Assembly (NCBI GenBank): GCA_030448025.1
Contig: JAUJNQ010000001.1
Location: 474,970 to 538,969 of the forward strand
Direction: 5' to 3'
Source of the DNA: Acidimicrobiales bacterium
GTDB taxonomy: Bacteria; Actinomycetota; Acidimicrobiia; Acidimicrobiales; GCA-2861595
DNA length: 64,000 nt
Positions 20,101-27,418 of the stretch are shown here, piece after piece. Both the position numbers and the translations under genes were made by a program. Each line of letters begins with the position of its first letter. Positions within the stretch are counted from its first letter, which is position 1. The notes under the pieces were generated by a model. It saw nothing but the letters and a program-made list of their open reading frames with translations. It was not told the origin of the DNA and did not search any database.

Positions 20101-21405
20101 GACCACCGCCCCGGAGGAGATCAGCGCCACCGTGGGCAGGTCGGCCGGCCCGTGGTGCACGAGCGCCTGGCAGATCAGGCTCCGTGCCACTGCCAGGGCG
20201 ACCGGCCGGTTCCCGACGATGCCCGCCACGCCCCCCTCGGCGAGATCGACGTCGATGGGCACACCGGGCAGCGTCGACCGGCTCTCCAACAGTTCGACGA
20301 CCTCGCCGGGCGGGACGCCGACGCCGCCCCGCAACGGGGCGCGCCAGGCAAGGTCGCCGACGCCCACCCCGAGCAGGAGGAAGTCGGCATCGCCCGGGCG
20401 TCGCTCCCAAAGTCGCACGCTCGGCATCAGGGCCCGGCGCACCACCTCGCTCAGGTCGGGGACCAGTTGGCGGAGCCGGTGCGACTCCGCGCCGCGAGCC
20501 GCATCCAGAGCTCGCTCGAACGAGTCGAGATCCCGGGCATAGGCCTTGGACCGGTTCCGCCCTTCCCGGCCCGAACGAACCTTGCCGTCGATCCAGTTGC
20601 CGAGCACCATCACGGGGGTCAAGAGCATGAACAGCGCGTAGGTGATGCTGCGTAGGGCCACCACCATGATCAGTCCGAGCACGAGGGGAGCGATCAGGGC
20701 GACGACATTGAACGGTGGGGAGGTGCGGACCTCCGGCAGCGACGGCGCGCACAGCTCGCCCTCGAGCGGCGGCGGGGGCGCGGCCCGGGGTGGGCGGTTG
20801 AAGGCGATGGTGCCCGTCTGGCGCCCATGGCGCAACGGGTCGATGCCCGGCTGGCGGTCGTCGTCGGGTGGCGGTCCCACACTGCAGGCGACCGATCCGA
20901 TCCACATGGTCATGCCGGGAGGTACCGGGGTCGGCTCGCTCACGGGGCAGTCGCCGACCGCGGTGCCGTTCATGGATCCGAGGTCGCTGACCCCGCAGTC
21001 GCCGAGGGGCGACACTGTGAGCCGGCAGTGTCCCTTCCGGGAGACGGACCGGTCGCCGAGCACCACGTCGGAGCGGGGGTGGCGACCCACGACCGAGTCG
21101 CCCGGCAGTAGTGGTTCCCGACGGCCCGCTTCGATGCCGGAGAGCACGTGGAGCTCGGCCGCGGCCGGATGCTGCGGTGCCTCCTCGATGCCTCCGTGAA
21201 GACGCACGACGGCCCCGTCCACCAGCCCGCTCTCCGCCAGCCCCACGTCAGCGCCCACCATCCGGCCGTCGATGACCAGAGCGGTGCCCGGCGGGAGGTC
21301 CGGGTCGAGAGTAGAGGCCAGGTCCCCCACGGTGGCGTCGTGGCAGTTGACCCGAACCTCGGCCTCCCAGCTCCACGACCTACCGGCCTGTACGAACATC
21401 CTCAT
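17116..21405 (-). CDS. FHA-domain FtsK/SpoIIIE-family triple ATPase (EssC/EccC-like type VII secretion motor)
   Basis: FHA region VVGRHPRSDVVLGDRSVSRKGHCRL...LGSMNGTAV. Two TM helices (FNVVALIAPLVLGLIMVVAL / YALFMLLTPVMVLGNWI). Three P-loops (GTTGSGKSELL, GIPGSGTTTAL, GPPRSGRSNAL). The start is uncertain (21405 or 21471). Confidence 0.85.
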   Translation of the reverse strand: MRMFVQAGRSWSWEAEVRVNCHDATVGDLASTLDPDLPPGTALVIDGRMVGADVGLAESGLVDGAVVRLHGGIEEAPQHPAAAELHVLSGIEAGRREPLLPGDSVVGRHPRSDVVLGDRSVSRKGHCRLTVSPLGDCGVSDLGSMNGTAVGDCPVSEPTPVPPGMTMWIGSVACSVGPPPDDDRQPGIDPLRHGRQTGTIAFNRPPRAAPPPPLEGELCAPSLPEVRTSPPFNVVALIAPLVLGLIMVVALRSITYALFMLLTPVMVLGNWIDGKVRSGREGRNRSKAYARDLDSFERALDAARGAESHRLRQLVPDLSEVVRRALMPSVRLWERRPGDADFLLLGVGVGDLAWRAPLRGGVGVPPGEVVELLESRSTLPGVPIDVDLAEGGVAGIVGNRPVALAVARSLICQALVHHGPADLPTVALISSGAVVDWDWLKWAPHLRDAERARAHRVGADPGGSRAMLDELLAAARPGAPSGPVTTRPVVGREPKGPVRLVVIDDESQVAGRASLARSVLRGAAGPVAGIVIAGEERRLPAMCTTVLRVGEDGHDTEVHRPARRETLKNVSAAGLSEPLARQVARGLARLDDPETPTAGAGLPPAVALLPLLGMGRPTTGDVVRRWYAGGARPRPATPLGLGEDGIFELDLVRDGPHGVVAGTTGSGKSELLRSLVAGLAASVSPEHLTFVLVDYKGGSAFEACSRLPHTVGFVTDLDEQLGERALRCLEAELRHRERVLRGAQASDLSDYTSRAAEAGLAPLPRLVVVIDEFATLATELPGFVDALVGIAQRGRSLGVHLVLATQRPSGAVSPTIKANTNVRISLRVQDPADSADVIGVTDAAGIPRAQPGRALVRLGADEVLAFQAALVTGDSAEEERLPVEVEPFVLHPRCSDHPVSGGVTAEDSRSSDLTRLVDAVARAAGERGLAPQRRPWPDPLAPSIDLAEVADGRRPGRPALLRFAMADDPDAQTQFPTGWDLAGNLALFGIPGSGTTTALAGIALALAASTTPDDCHVHVLDLGAGDLGPLVGLPHVGSVVTASQPERQMRLVRHLRAELNRRRSLRSEERGSQPLLTLLVDGIAAFLVEHGEARGFGVYEDFARVWADGPSVGINTAVSADRIGALPHQLLSLVEQRWVFRLANPADGAAFGLRPHQLPRPTAGRAVMAGTGQVVQVGWAGRDLAAAVAAVAASAPVPIRPPATVGSLPAEVSVDEVTTATRLGGRPWVLGLGVADSTLAPAGLPLHDGEHATVAGPPRSGRSNALLVLAAAARSNPDVRISGVALRRSPLRGCAHLDDTFCDAASLAMLAEVVDTSDRPNLVLVDDADLIDDHSGAFARLLGMRRSDLHIVVAGRADALRSAYGHWTRDVRRSRAGLLFQPDPDLDGELFGVRLPRRQALALGPGRAYLVHDGELDVLQVALVSIGTR

Positions 21406-21558
21406 GTGACCGAACCCCGCGCCGTCATGCATGGTTGAGGAAGAGGTGATTGAAAACGCATCAAGATACACGAGGTTACTCGACGCGCACCGAGCCGGGC
21501 GGCGGCGAACGCTACGCTTTGCTGTCGCCTGGCGTTCACCTTCCCCGTCACCGCTGCT

Positions 21559-22524
21559 GTGAGAGAGACGCTCCGACGCGTCGGTCGCATCTGCGCGACG
21601 CTCTCACACGAGCCCGAGATCCCGGTCCCCCCGCCGGGTCTGCCGGTCGGTCGGGTGGTGTACGTCCCGGGCCGCGGTGAGATGTTCCTCCGAGAGGAGA
21701 AGGGACCGCACGGATCGCTACCCGTGCTCCTTCTTCACGGTTGGACCGCCACCGCCGACATCACCTGGTTCGCCGTCTACCCCGCGCTCGCCGCGGGCCG
21801 CACGGTCCTGGCCATCGATCACCGAGGCCATGGCCGAGGTCTGCGGGCCGAGTCGCCCTTCTCCCTCGAGGAGTGTGCCGACGATGCCGCCGCCCTGCTC
21901 GACCTGCTCGGGATCAAGCGGGTCATCGTGGCCGGCTACTCGATGGGTGGCGCCGTTGCCATGCTGATGTGGAAGCGCCGTCCCGACCTGGTGGGGGGCC
22001 TGGTCTTGTCGGGCACCGCCCTCGAGTGGCGCTCCAGAATGCGGGAGCGATTGCTCTGGCGCTTGCTCATCCTGCTGGACGTGGGGCTCCGCGTCGGGAG
22101 CGGCGACGGGTTCGTGCAGCGCTACCTCCGTGAGGCGGTGGCGGGCTCCCCCGACGTGGGTGAGCTACGAGCATGGGTGGGGGCTGAGCTGAAGCGGGGT
22201 CACTTCCGCGATGTGGCCGCTGCCGGACGGGCTTTGGCCAAGTTCGACGCCCGCCCGTTCGCCCGGTCGATCGACGTGCCCTGCGCCACCGTGGTGACCA
22301 CGTCGGACCACCTCGTTCCCCCGGACAAGCAGCGAGATCTGACCGTCGCGGTCGGTGCCCAGGAGTTCGCCATCCGCGGTGACCATGACGCTCCCCTGGT
22401 GCGGGCCAAGGACTTTGCCGCGGCGATGTCCGAAGCCGTCACCGCCGTCGTCCAAGCCGCCGGGGCCCAGGCCGCCGGGGCGGGCGCCACGAGGTCAGCT
22501 TCTCGGGGGGTGCGCTCTCCATGA
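21559..22524 (+). CDS. Alpha/beta-fold hydrolase
   Basis: LPVLLLHGWTATAD, DHRGHGRG and the nucleophile elbow AGYSMGGAVA. Start uncertain. Confidence 0.75.
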   Translation: MRETLRRVGRICATLSHEPEIPVPPPGLPVGRVVYVPGRGEMFLREEKGPHGSLPVLLLHGWTATADITWFAVYPALAAGRTVLAIDHRGHGRGLRAESPFSLEECADDAAALLDLLGIKRVIVAGYSMGGAVAMLMWKRRPDLVGGLVLSGTALEWRSRMRERLLWRLLILLDVGLRVGSGDGFVQRYLREAVAGSPDVGELRAWVGAELKRGHFRDVAAAGRALAKFDARPFARSIDVPCATVVTTSDHLVPPDKQRDLTVAVGAQEFAIRGDHDAPLVRAKDFAAAMSEAVTAVVQAAGAQAAGAGATRSASRGVRSP

Positions 22525-22560
22525 GCCGCTCCCGCTGCCGCCACCCGTAGAGTCGAGGTC

Positions 22561-24303
22561 ATGACCGAAGTCGAGGCCGGTGACGGCGCGAGGGACTGTC
22601 CCGAGCGGCCCCGGAACAGAACCCTCGAGGAGCTCGGCTTCGTGTTCAAGCCCATGGTGCGCTGGCTCGATCCCCGCCAGCTCCTCGACACCTCGGCGCG
22701 GGTGGTGCTCTCGGGCATCTTCGGCACCTATGCCGACAAGCGGGAGCTCCAGGCGCTGATGCCCACCGAGATCTACGACCGGTCGGACCACGAGGAGCTG
22801 TGGCTCGACTACGTCGCCGACCTCGGTGACGGGTGGGACCCGACCTACAGCATCGCCAGCCTGCTCGCCGCTCCGACGCTGGAGGTCGCCTCGGACGAGA
22901 GGACGTACGACACGCAGCGGGGCCGGATCCTGGTCATGGGCGGGGACGCGGTCTACCCCGTCCCGAAGCGCGCCGACTACGAGAACCGCATGTTGGGGCC
23001 GTACCGGGCCGCGCTGCCATGCACCCACCATCGCCACCCCGAGTTGTTCGCTGTTCCCGGGAGCCACGACTGGTACGACGGGCTCGTCAACTTCACCAGC
23101 GTGTTCTGCCGGCAGTACTGGATCGGCGGGTGGAAGACACGCCAGAACCGGAGCCATTTCGCGCTCAAGCTGCCCCACGGATGGTGGCTGTGGGGCGTGG
23201 ACATCCAATTCGGCGACTACATCGACGAGGCGCAGATTCGGTACTTCACCGAGGTGGCGGAGAAGCACGTCGCCAGGGGGGACCGCATCATCTTGTGCAC
23301 GGCACGGGCGCCCGGCACCGGCGGGAGCCAGCCCCACCTTTACGCCGAGCGCAACCTCCAGTACTTCCAGCGCGAGATCGTGGCCCCGTCGGGTGCGGTG
23401 CTGGTTCTCCAGGTGACGAGTGGTCGCCACCACTACGCCCATTACCGGGAGCCTGACGGCCCGCGGCATCACGTAAACGGCGGCGGCGGCGGCGCCTTCC
23501 TCCATCCCACCCATCACCTTCCCGACCACCTCGAGCTGGAGACCGGTGAGGGCCCTCCCCTCAGCTACGAGCAGGTGGCCACCTACCCCTCCGTGGCGTC
23601 TTCACGCCGCCTCCGGAAGAGGTTGTTGCTGCTGCCGCTGCGCAACCCGGCCTTCGCTGCCTTCCTCGGCTCGGTGCAGGTGTTCCTGGCGCTGATGCTG
23701 GGTCTGCACCGCGACGCCGCCAACGAGTCGCTCGGAATGGCGGACCTGTGGGAGGCGCTCTGGACGAGCCCGACGGCTGTCCTGCTCGTCCTCTTCATGG
23801 TGGTCATCCTCGGGGCCATGGTTCGCTTCGCCCACGACGCCCCGGGCCTGACCCGTGTCCTGCTCGGCGCGGCGCACTCGGCGCTCCAGTTGGCGTCACT
23901 CGCCGGGCTGATGATCGCTTCGTCCAGTCTCACGGCAGCACTCGGCGTGCACGGGATCGTCTCCGTCATCGCCTTCCTGGGATTCCTCGCCGTGCTGGGC
24001 GGACTGGGCGGAGCGCTCGGCTTCGCCGCCTATCTCTGGGTCACGAACTGCCTGGGCTTTCACGCCAACGAGGCGTACGCGCCGCTTCGGGTCAAGGACT
24101 TCAAGCACTTCGTGCGCATGCGCATCGACCACAACGGGACGCTCACCGTGTTCCCCATCGGTGTCGACAAGGTGAGCCGCCGCTGGGAGCTGTGCACCGA
24201 GGGGCCTGCCCATGCTCCGTGGTTCCGACCGGAGCGAGGAGAGCTCGACGCCAAGCTCGTCGAGCGCCCCTTCGAGGTCGGTGCTGAGTTCAGGTTCAGG
24301 TGA
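22561..24303 (+). CDS. Calcineurin-like metallophosphoesterase with a C-terminal multi-TM region
   Basis: ADLGDGWD, MGGDAVYP and VPGSHDWYDG motifs. Hydrophobic segments in the last ~200 aa. Confidence 0.7.
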   Translation: MTEVEAGDGARDCPERPRNRTLEELGFVFKPMVRWLDPRQLLDTSARVVLSGIFGTYADKRELQALMPTEIYDRSDHEELWLDYVADLGDGWDPTYSIASLLAAPTLEVASDERTYDTQRGRILVMGGDAVYPVPKRADYENRMLGPYRAALPCTHHRHPELFAVPGSHDWYDGLVNFTSVFCRQYWIGGWKTRQNRSHFALKLPHGWWLWGVDIQFGDYIDEAQIRYFTEVAEKHVARGDRIILCTARAPGTGGSQPHLYAERNLQYFQREIVAPSGAVLVLQVTSGRHHYAHYREPDGPRHHVNGGGGGAFLHPTHHLPDHLELETGEGPPLSYEQVATYPSVASSRRLRKRLLLLPLRNPAFAAFLGSVQVFLALMLGLHRDAANESLGMADLWEALWTSPTAVLLVLFMVVILGAMVRFAHDAPGLTRVLLGAAHSALQLASLAGLMIASSSLTAALGVHGIVSVIAFLGFLAVLGGLGGALGFAAYLWVTNCLGFHANEAYAPLRVKDFKHFVRMRIDHNGTLTVFPIGVDKVSRRWELCTEGPAHAPWFRPERGELDAKLVERPFEVGAEFRFR

Positions 24304-24586
24304 CCGAGCGGTAAGCGAAGTCGGCCACCACGAGGCCCACCACCATGGCCGTCAGCGAGCAGACCATGGCTGTCCTGCCGAGGGAGTCGCCCTTCCGATG
24401 CCCGATGTACCCCAGCACGGCACCGATGACCCCGTGCAGCGGCGGGTAGACGAGGATGGCCAGCACAGCCAAGATGAAGCTGCCCACCGTGTAGCCCCGC
24501 CCTTCCAAGTGGCTGCTGCCGCCGGCGTGCACTGGCTCCGTCGAAGTGCCTGTGTTCGTCGTGCCTGTGTTCGAAGTGTCGGTCAC
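24296..24586 (-). CDS. DUF4190-like small membrane protein (96 aa)
   Basis: GTG at 24586 overlaps the upstream stop (GTGA). Thr-rich N-terminus, then two TM helices (GSFILAVLAILVYPPLHGVIGAVLGYIG and AMVCSLTAMVVGLVVADFA). Confidence 0.6.
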   Translation of the reverse strand: MTDTSNTGTTNTGTSTEPVHAGGSSHLEGRGYTVGSFILAVLAILVYPPLHGVIGAVLGYIGHRKGDSLGRTAMVCSLTAMVVGLVVADFAYRSVT

Positions 24587-25437
24587 GCGGGGTTCTCCGA
24601 TGGTCGATGGCGGATCCGGGAGCCGAGCGTCCGCCGAGCCTCGGCCACCCGGCGGTCCTTCTTGCGTTCCCACCAGAAGGCGGCGCCGAAGATCGCCAAG
24701 GCCGCCGTGAGGAGCAGCGGTGCCAGCAACCGAGGAGAGGCGCCGACGTACTCCTCCTCCTGATTGATCGGCACCGGACCGGTGAAGACAGGCCCGAGCG
24801 CCCCGGCGCCCACCGGCGCCAGTGTCTCGCCGGGAAGAGAACGATGGAGCACCCGGACCAGAGGCCCCGGGAAGACTTGGGGGGAGCGGCGGCGAGGGGT
24901 GGTCCTGCGTGCACGCACCCCCGGGCGGGGTCGCAGCTTGGCCGGACCCGGACCCGGTGTGGCATTCTCGGAGCCAGGCAGGGCCGCGGCCCCACCGGGA
25001 GGGTTCGGCCCCGCCTGGCCCGCCTGGCCCGCCGGCGGCTGCGCTTGGGTGCCGGCCCGGCATTCGGCCGTCGCTTGCTTTGGGGCGCCGACCGGAGGGG
25101 CCGCGGTGGTTGTCGGGATCCCGGGTTGTTTCGAGGACTCACCGGCGACCTGTGGACACGTCGTGGACGTGGTGGTGGTCTTCCCCGGCGCCCTGGTGGT
25201 GGACGTGGTGGTGGTCTTCCCCGGCGCCCTGGTGGTGCTCGTGGTGGTCGACGACGTGGAGGTTGGAGAGGTCGTGGTGGACGACGACGGTGTGGAGGAG
25301 GGTGGTGCACCGCCGCCTTGAGCCGCGGCCGGGGCGAAGGCGGCGGTCTCGGCGGCTGCGGCCAGGAGCCCGGCGGCGAGGAGGGCCAGGAGGCGGCCGG
25401 TCACTGGCCGGCCCCGCTGGAAGGGCGTCATCGCCAT
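24583..25437 (-). CDS. Secreted Ser/Thr/Pro-rich protein with a signal peptide and a C-terminal membrane anchor
   Basis: N-terminus RLLALLAAGLLAAAAETAAFAPAAAQ. TTSTTRAPGKTT tandem repeat. C-terminal LLAPLLLTAALAIFGAAFWWERKKDRR. Confidence 0.65.
   Translation of the reverse strand: MAMTPFQRGRPVTGRLLALLAAGLLAAAAETAAFAPAAAQGGGAPPSSTPSSSTTTSPTSTSSTTTSTTRAPGKTTTTSTTRAPGKTTTTSTTCPQVAGESSKQPGIPTTTAAPPVGAPKQATAECRAGTQAQPPAGQAGQAGPNPPGGAAALPGSENATPGPGPAKLRPRPGVRARRTTPRRRSPQVFPGPLVRVLHRSLPGETLAPVGAGALGPVFTGPVPINQEEEYVGASPRLLAPLLLTAALAIFGAAFWWERKKDRRVAEARRTLGSRIRHRPSENPA
25165..25236. repeat. Perfect 36-bp tandem duplication inside the Ser/Thr-rich gene
   Basis: ggacgtggtggtggtcttccccggcgccctggtggt occurs twice, at 25165-25200 and 25201-25236. 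Confidence 0.9.
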
Positions 25438-25447
25438 CTGGTGTTGA

Positions 25448-26140
25448 TCATGCGGGCTCCGCTCGCACTGGCTCGTCCGCCGCCTCCATGATCGCCGTCA
25501 CGCCCGTGTCGACGATCACTGTCTCGTCGACGGCACGAAGGTCGATGGTCTCTCGAGCTGAGGGCTCTTCGGGGGATGGCACCGAGAACAACGCTTCGAG
25601 GCCCGACCTCAGCCGCGCCAGCTCACCCAGGGCGGAGTCTCGCTGGTCGATGAGGACGGCGATCTCGGCCCGGAGCTCGCGGCGGCGGCGCTCTGCCTCA
25701 CCTGTGAGGCGGTCGGCCTCGGCCCGGGACCGGGTGACCATCTCCGCGCTCTCCCGCTTGGCGTCCTCGATCAAGGAGGCCACCTCGCCGGCCGCCTCCT
25801 CGTGGGTCCTGGAGGCAATCTCGGCGGCTGCCTTCTCGGCGTCCTGGCGCATCTCCCCGGCCGCCGCCCATGCCTCCTGGAGGACCCGACCGACCCGCTC
25901 GCCCAACTCGTCGAACGACGGAGGCGCGGCCGTGAACGCTTCTTCCTGAAGGCTGGCCACCTGCGCGCGGAGGGAAGCTCGCTCGCTCTTCAGCAACGCC
26001 AGCTCGGTCTCTGCGGCCTCCACCCGGACCTCGGCGTCGTTCAGCCACACGGCTTGCTTGACGATGTAGTCGTCGACCTGCAGCCGGTCGTAGCCCCGCA
26101 TGGCGACGGCGAACTCCGGAAGCGATCCCTCCTCGGTCAT
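25448..26140 (-). CDS. DivIVA-domain protein
   Basis: EFAVAMRGYDRLQVDDYIVKQ is followed by a long coiled-coil (AEVRVEAAETELALLKSERASLRAQVASLQEE...). Confidence 0.8.
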   Translation of the reverse strand: MTEEGSLPEFAVAMRGYDRLQVDDYIVKQAVWLNDAEVRVEAAETELALLKSERASLRAQVASLQEEAFTAAPPSFDELGERVGRVLQEAWAAAGEMRQDAEKAAAEIASRTHEEAAGEVASLIEDAKRESAEMVTRSRAEADRLTGEAERRRRELRAEIAVLIDQRDSALGELARLRSGLEALFSVPSPEEPSARETIDLRAVDETVIVDTGVTAIMEAADEPVRAEPA

Positions 26141-26212
26141 CGACTCACTCCTTCTGTGCTGGTAGGCGTCTGGGAATCGTCATGGTCGGAACGGGCCGCA
26201 CTGATCGGGGTG

Positions 26213-27418
26213 TCAGGCACAGGAACCCCCGAGGGACGAGGCCAGCAGGAGCTGCCCCATCGCCACCCAGGCCGCCCCGTAGTAGGTGGGGGATCCCCGG
26301 TCGAGATCCTCGGCCTGGGACAGCAGCACGTCCCGGGCACGGTAATCGCCGGCAGCGTGGGCCGCGGCCGCGGCCCCGACGGCCTTGGCCGGGTGGGGAG
26401 AGCTCTGGATCGGACGTCCCTGCAGATCCGACGACATCGCCGTGCCCATGCCGGGCGCCGCCGCCAGCGCCGGCCAGCTGGTTGCCGCCACCCGCTCCCA
26501 CGCTGTTCCGCACGGGGCCAGCCGTGGTAGGAGGCGCGTGGCATCGAGGCCGTAACGGGGACCCTCGGCCTCCCCGTCCGGAGCCGGGACGGGCTCGAGG
26601 GCACCGGTGGGGCCGAGGCGCGACCAGTCCGGGGGGAGGGGCCGATCGGGAAGGACCAGTCGTTCGAGCAGCCGCCGGCTGGTGTGGGCCATGGCCGGCC
26701 AGCGGGGATCGTCCGTCTCCTGCGCCATGGTGGCCACCGCACCGGGGGAGAGGTAGCTGGGGTTGACCATCCTCGGTTCACGAGCCCATGGTCCGGCAGC
26801 CAGCACTATTCCGTCGCCGGCACGGCCCTCGCGGGCAGGGGCCTCGCCGGCGGCGTCGTCGACCCGGATGGTCTCGTGCTCCAGAACGGCGGCCGCCATG
26901 CGGAGCCCCTCGGCACGAAGGCTGTCGTCGTCGAACCGGGTCGCGGCGAGGACGAGCGCCCAGGCTGCGTCCAGGTCGGCATCGGCGGCGGGCATGGGGT
27001 CCTGGACCCGTCCGTCGGCCCACCGCCAGGCCAAGAGAGCATCCGGGCGCTGAAGATTTAGTCGGGCCCACTCCCAAGCCAGGTCGAAGCGACGGCGGTC
27101 ACCTACGGCCTGGGCCAGGAGCATGGCGTAGGCCTGTCCCTCGCTCACGCTGTCCCCACCCTGGTCACGCCTGACGACTCTGCCGTCACGGTCGAGGTAG
27201 CGGTCGAGGAAGCGGTGGGCGGCGGCGCGCCCGGCGTGGTCGACGCCCTCGGCGTTGCCGGGAGCCGACCGGTGACCGACGAGGAAGGAGCTGCCGAGCG
27301 CCACCGCTGCGGTGGAGCTCACGAGGACGACGATGACGGTGAAGCCCGGACGGCGAGCGTCATCGCCGGAGCGGACGGCGCGCCCGGTACTCGGCGATCT
27401 TGATCTGTGGGGCCTCAT
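26213..27418 (-). CDS. Glycoside hydrolase family 8 (endo-beta-glucanase, BcsZ-like), membrane-anchored
   Basis: ATG at 27418 overlaps the upstream stop (ATGA). TM segment FTVIVVLVSSTAAVALGSSFLV. SEGQAYAMLLA and AADADLDAAWALVLAATRF blocks. Confidence 0.75.
   Translation of the reverse strand: MRPHRSRSPSTGRAVRSGDDARRPGFTVIVVLVSSTAAVALGSSFLVGHRSAPGNAEGVDHAGRAAAHRFLDRYLDRDGRVVRRDQGGDSVSEGQAYAMLLAQAVGDRRRFDLAWEWARLNLQRPDALLAWRWADGRVQDPMPAADADLDAAWALVLAATRFDDDSLRAEGLRMAAAVLEHETIRVDDAAGEAPAREGRAGDGIVLAAGPWAREPRMVNPSYLSPGAVATMAQETDDPRWPAMAHTSRRLLERLVLPDRPLPPDWSRLGPTGALEPVPAPDGEAEGPRYGLDATRLLPRLAPCGTAWERVAATSWPALAAAPGMGTAMSSDLQGRPIQSSPHPAKAVGAAAAAHAAGDYRARDVLLSQAEDLDRGSPTYYGAAWVAMGQLLLASSLGGSCA

Noticed and set aside
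21573-21584. 12-bp perfect palindrome ccgacgcgtcgg in the region between the ATPase and hydrolase genes
   Set aside because: Short GC-rich palindromes are frequent by chance at this GC content, and this one falls inside the probable hydrolase coding region.
24583-24800. Sortase sorting signal in the Thr-rich protein
   Set aside because: A hydrophobic segment plus a basic tail is present, but there is no LPXTG or LAXTG motif (the closest is LPGET). It was kept as a simple membrane anchor.
24060-25491. Long Pro/Arg-rich ORFs on both strands (24060..25310 minus, 24607..25491 plus, and others)
   Set aside because: They are alternative frames of the Thr-rich secreted protein gene and the DUF4190 gene. 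The chosen frames have a signal peptide, TM helices and coupled start/stop overlaps.
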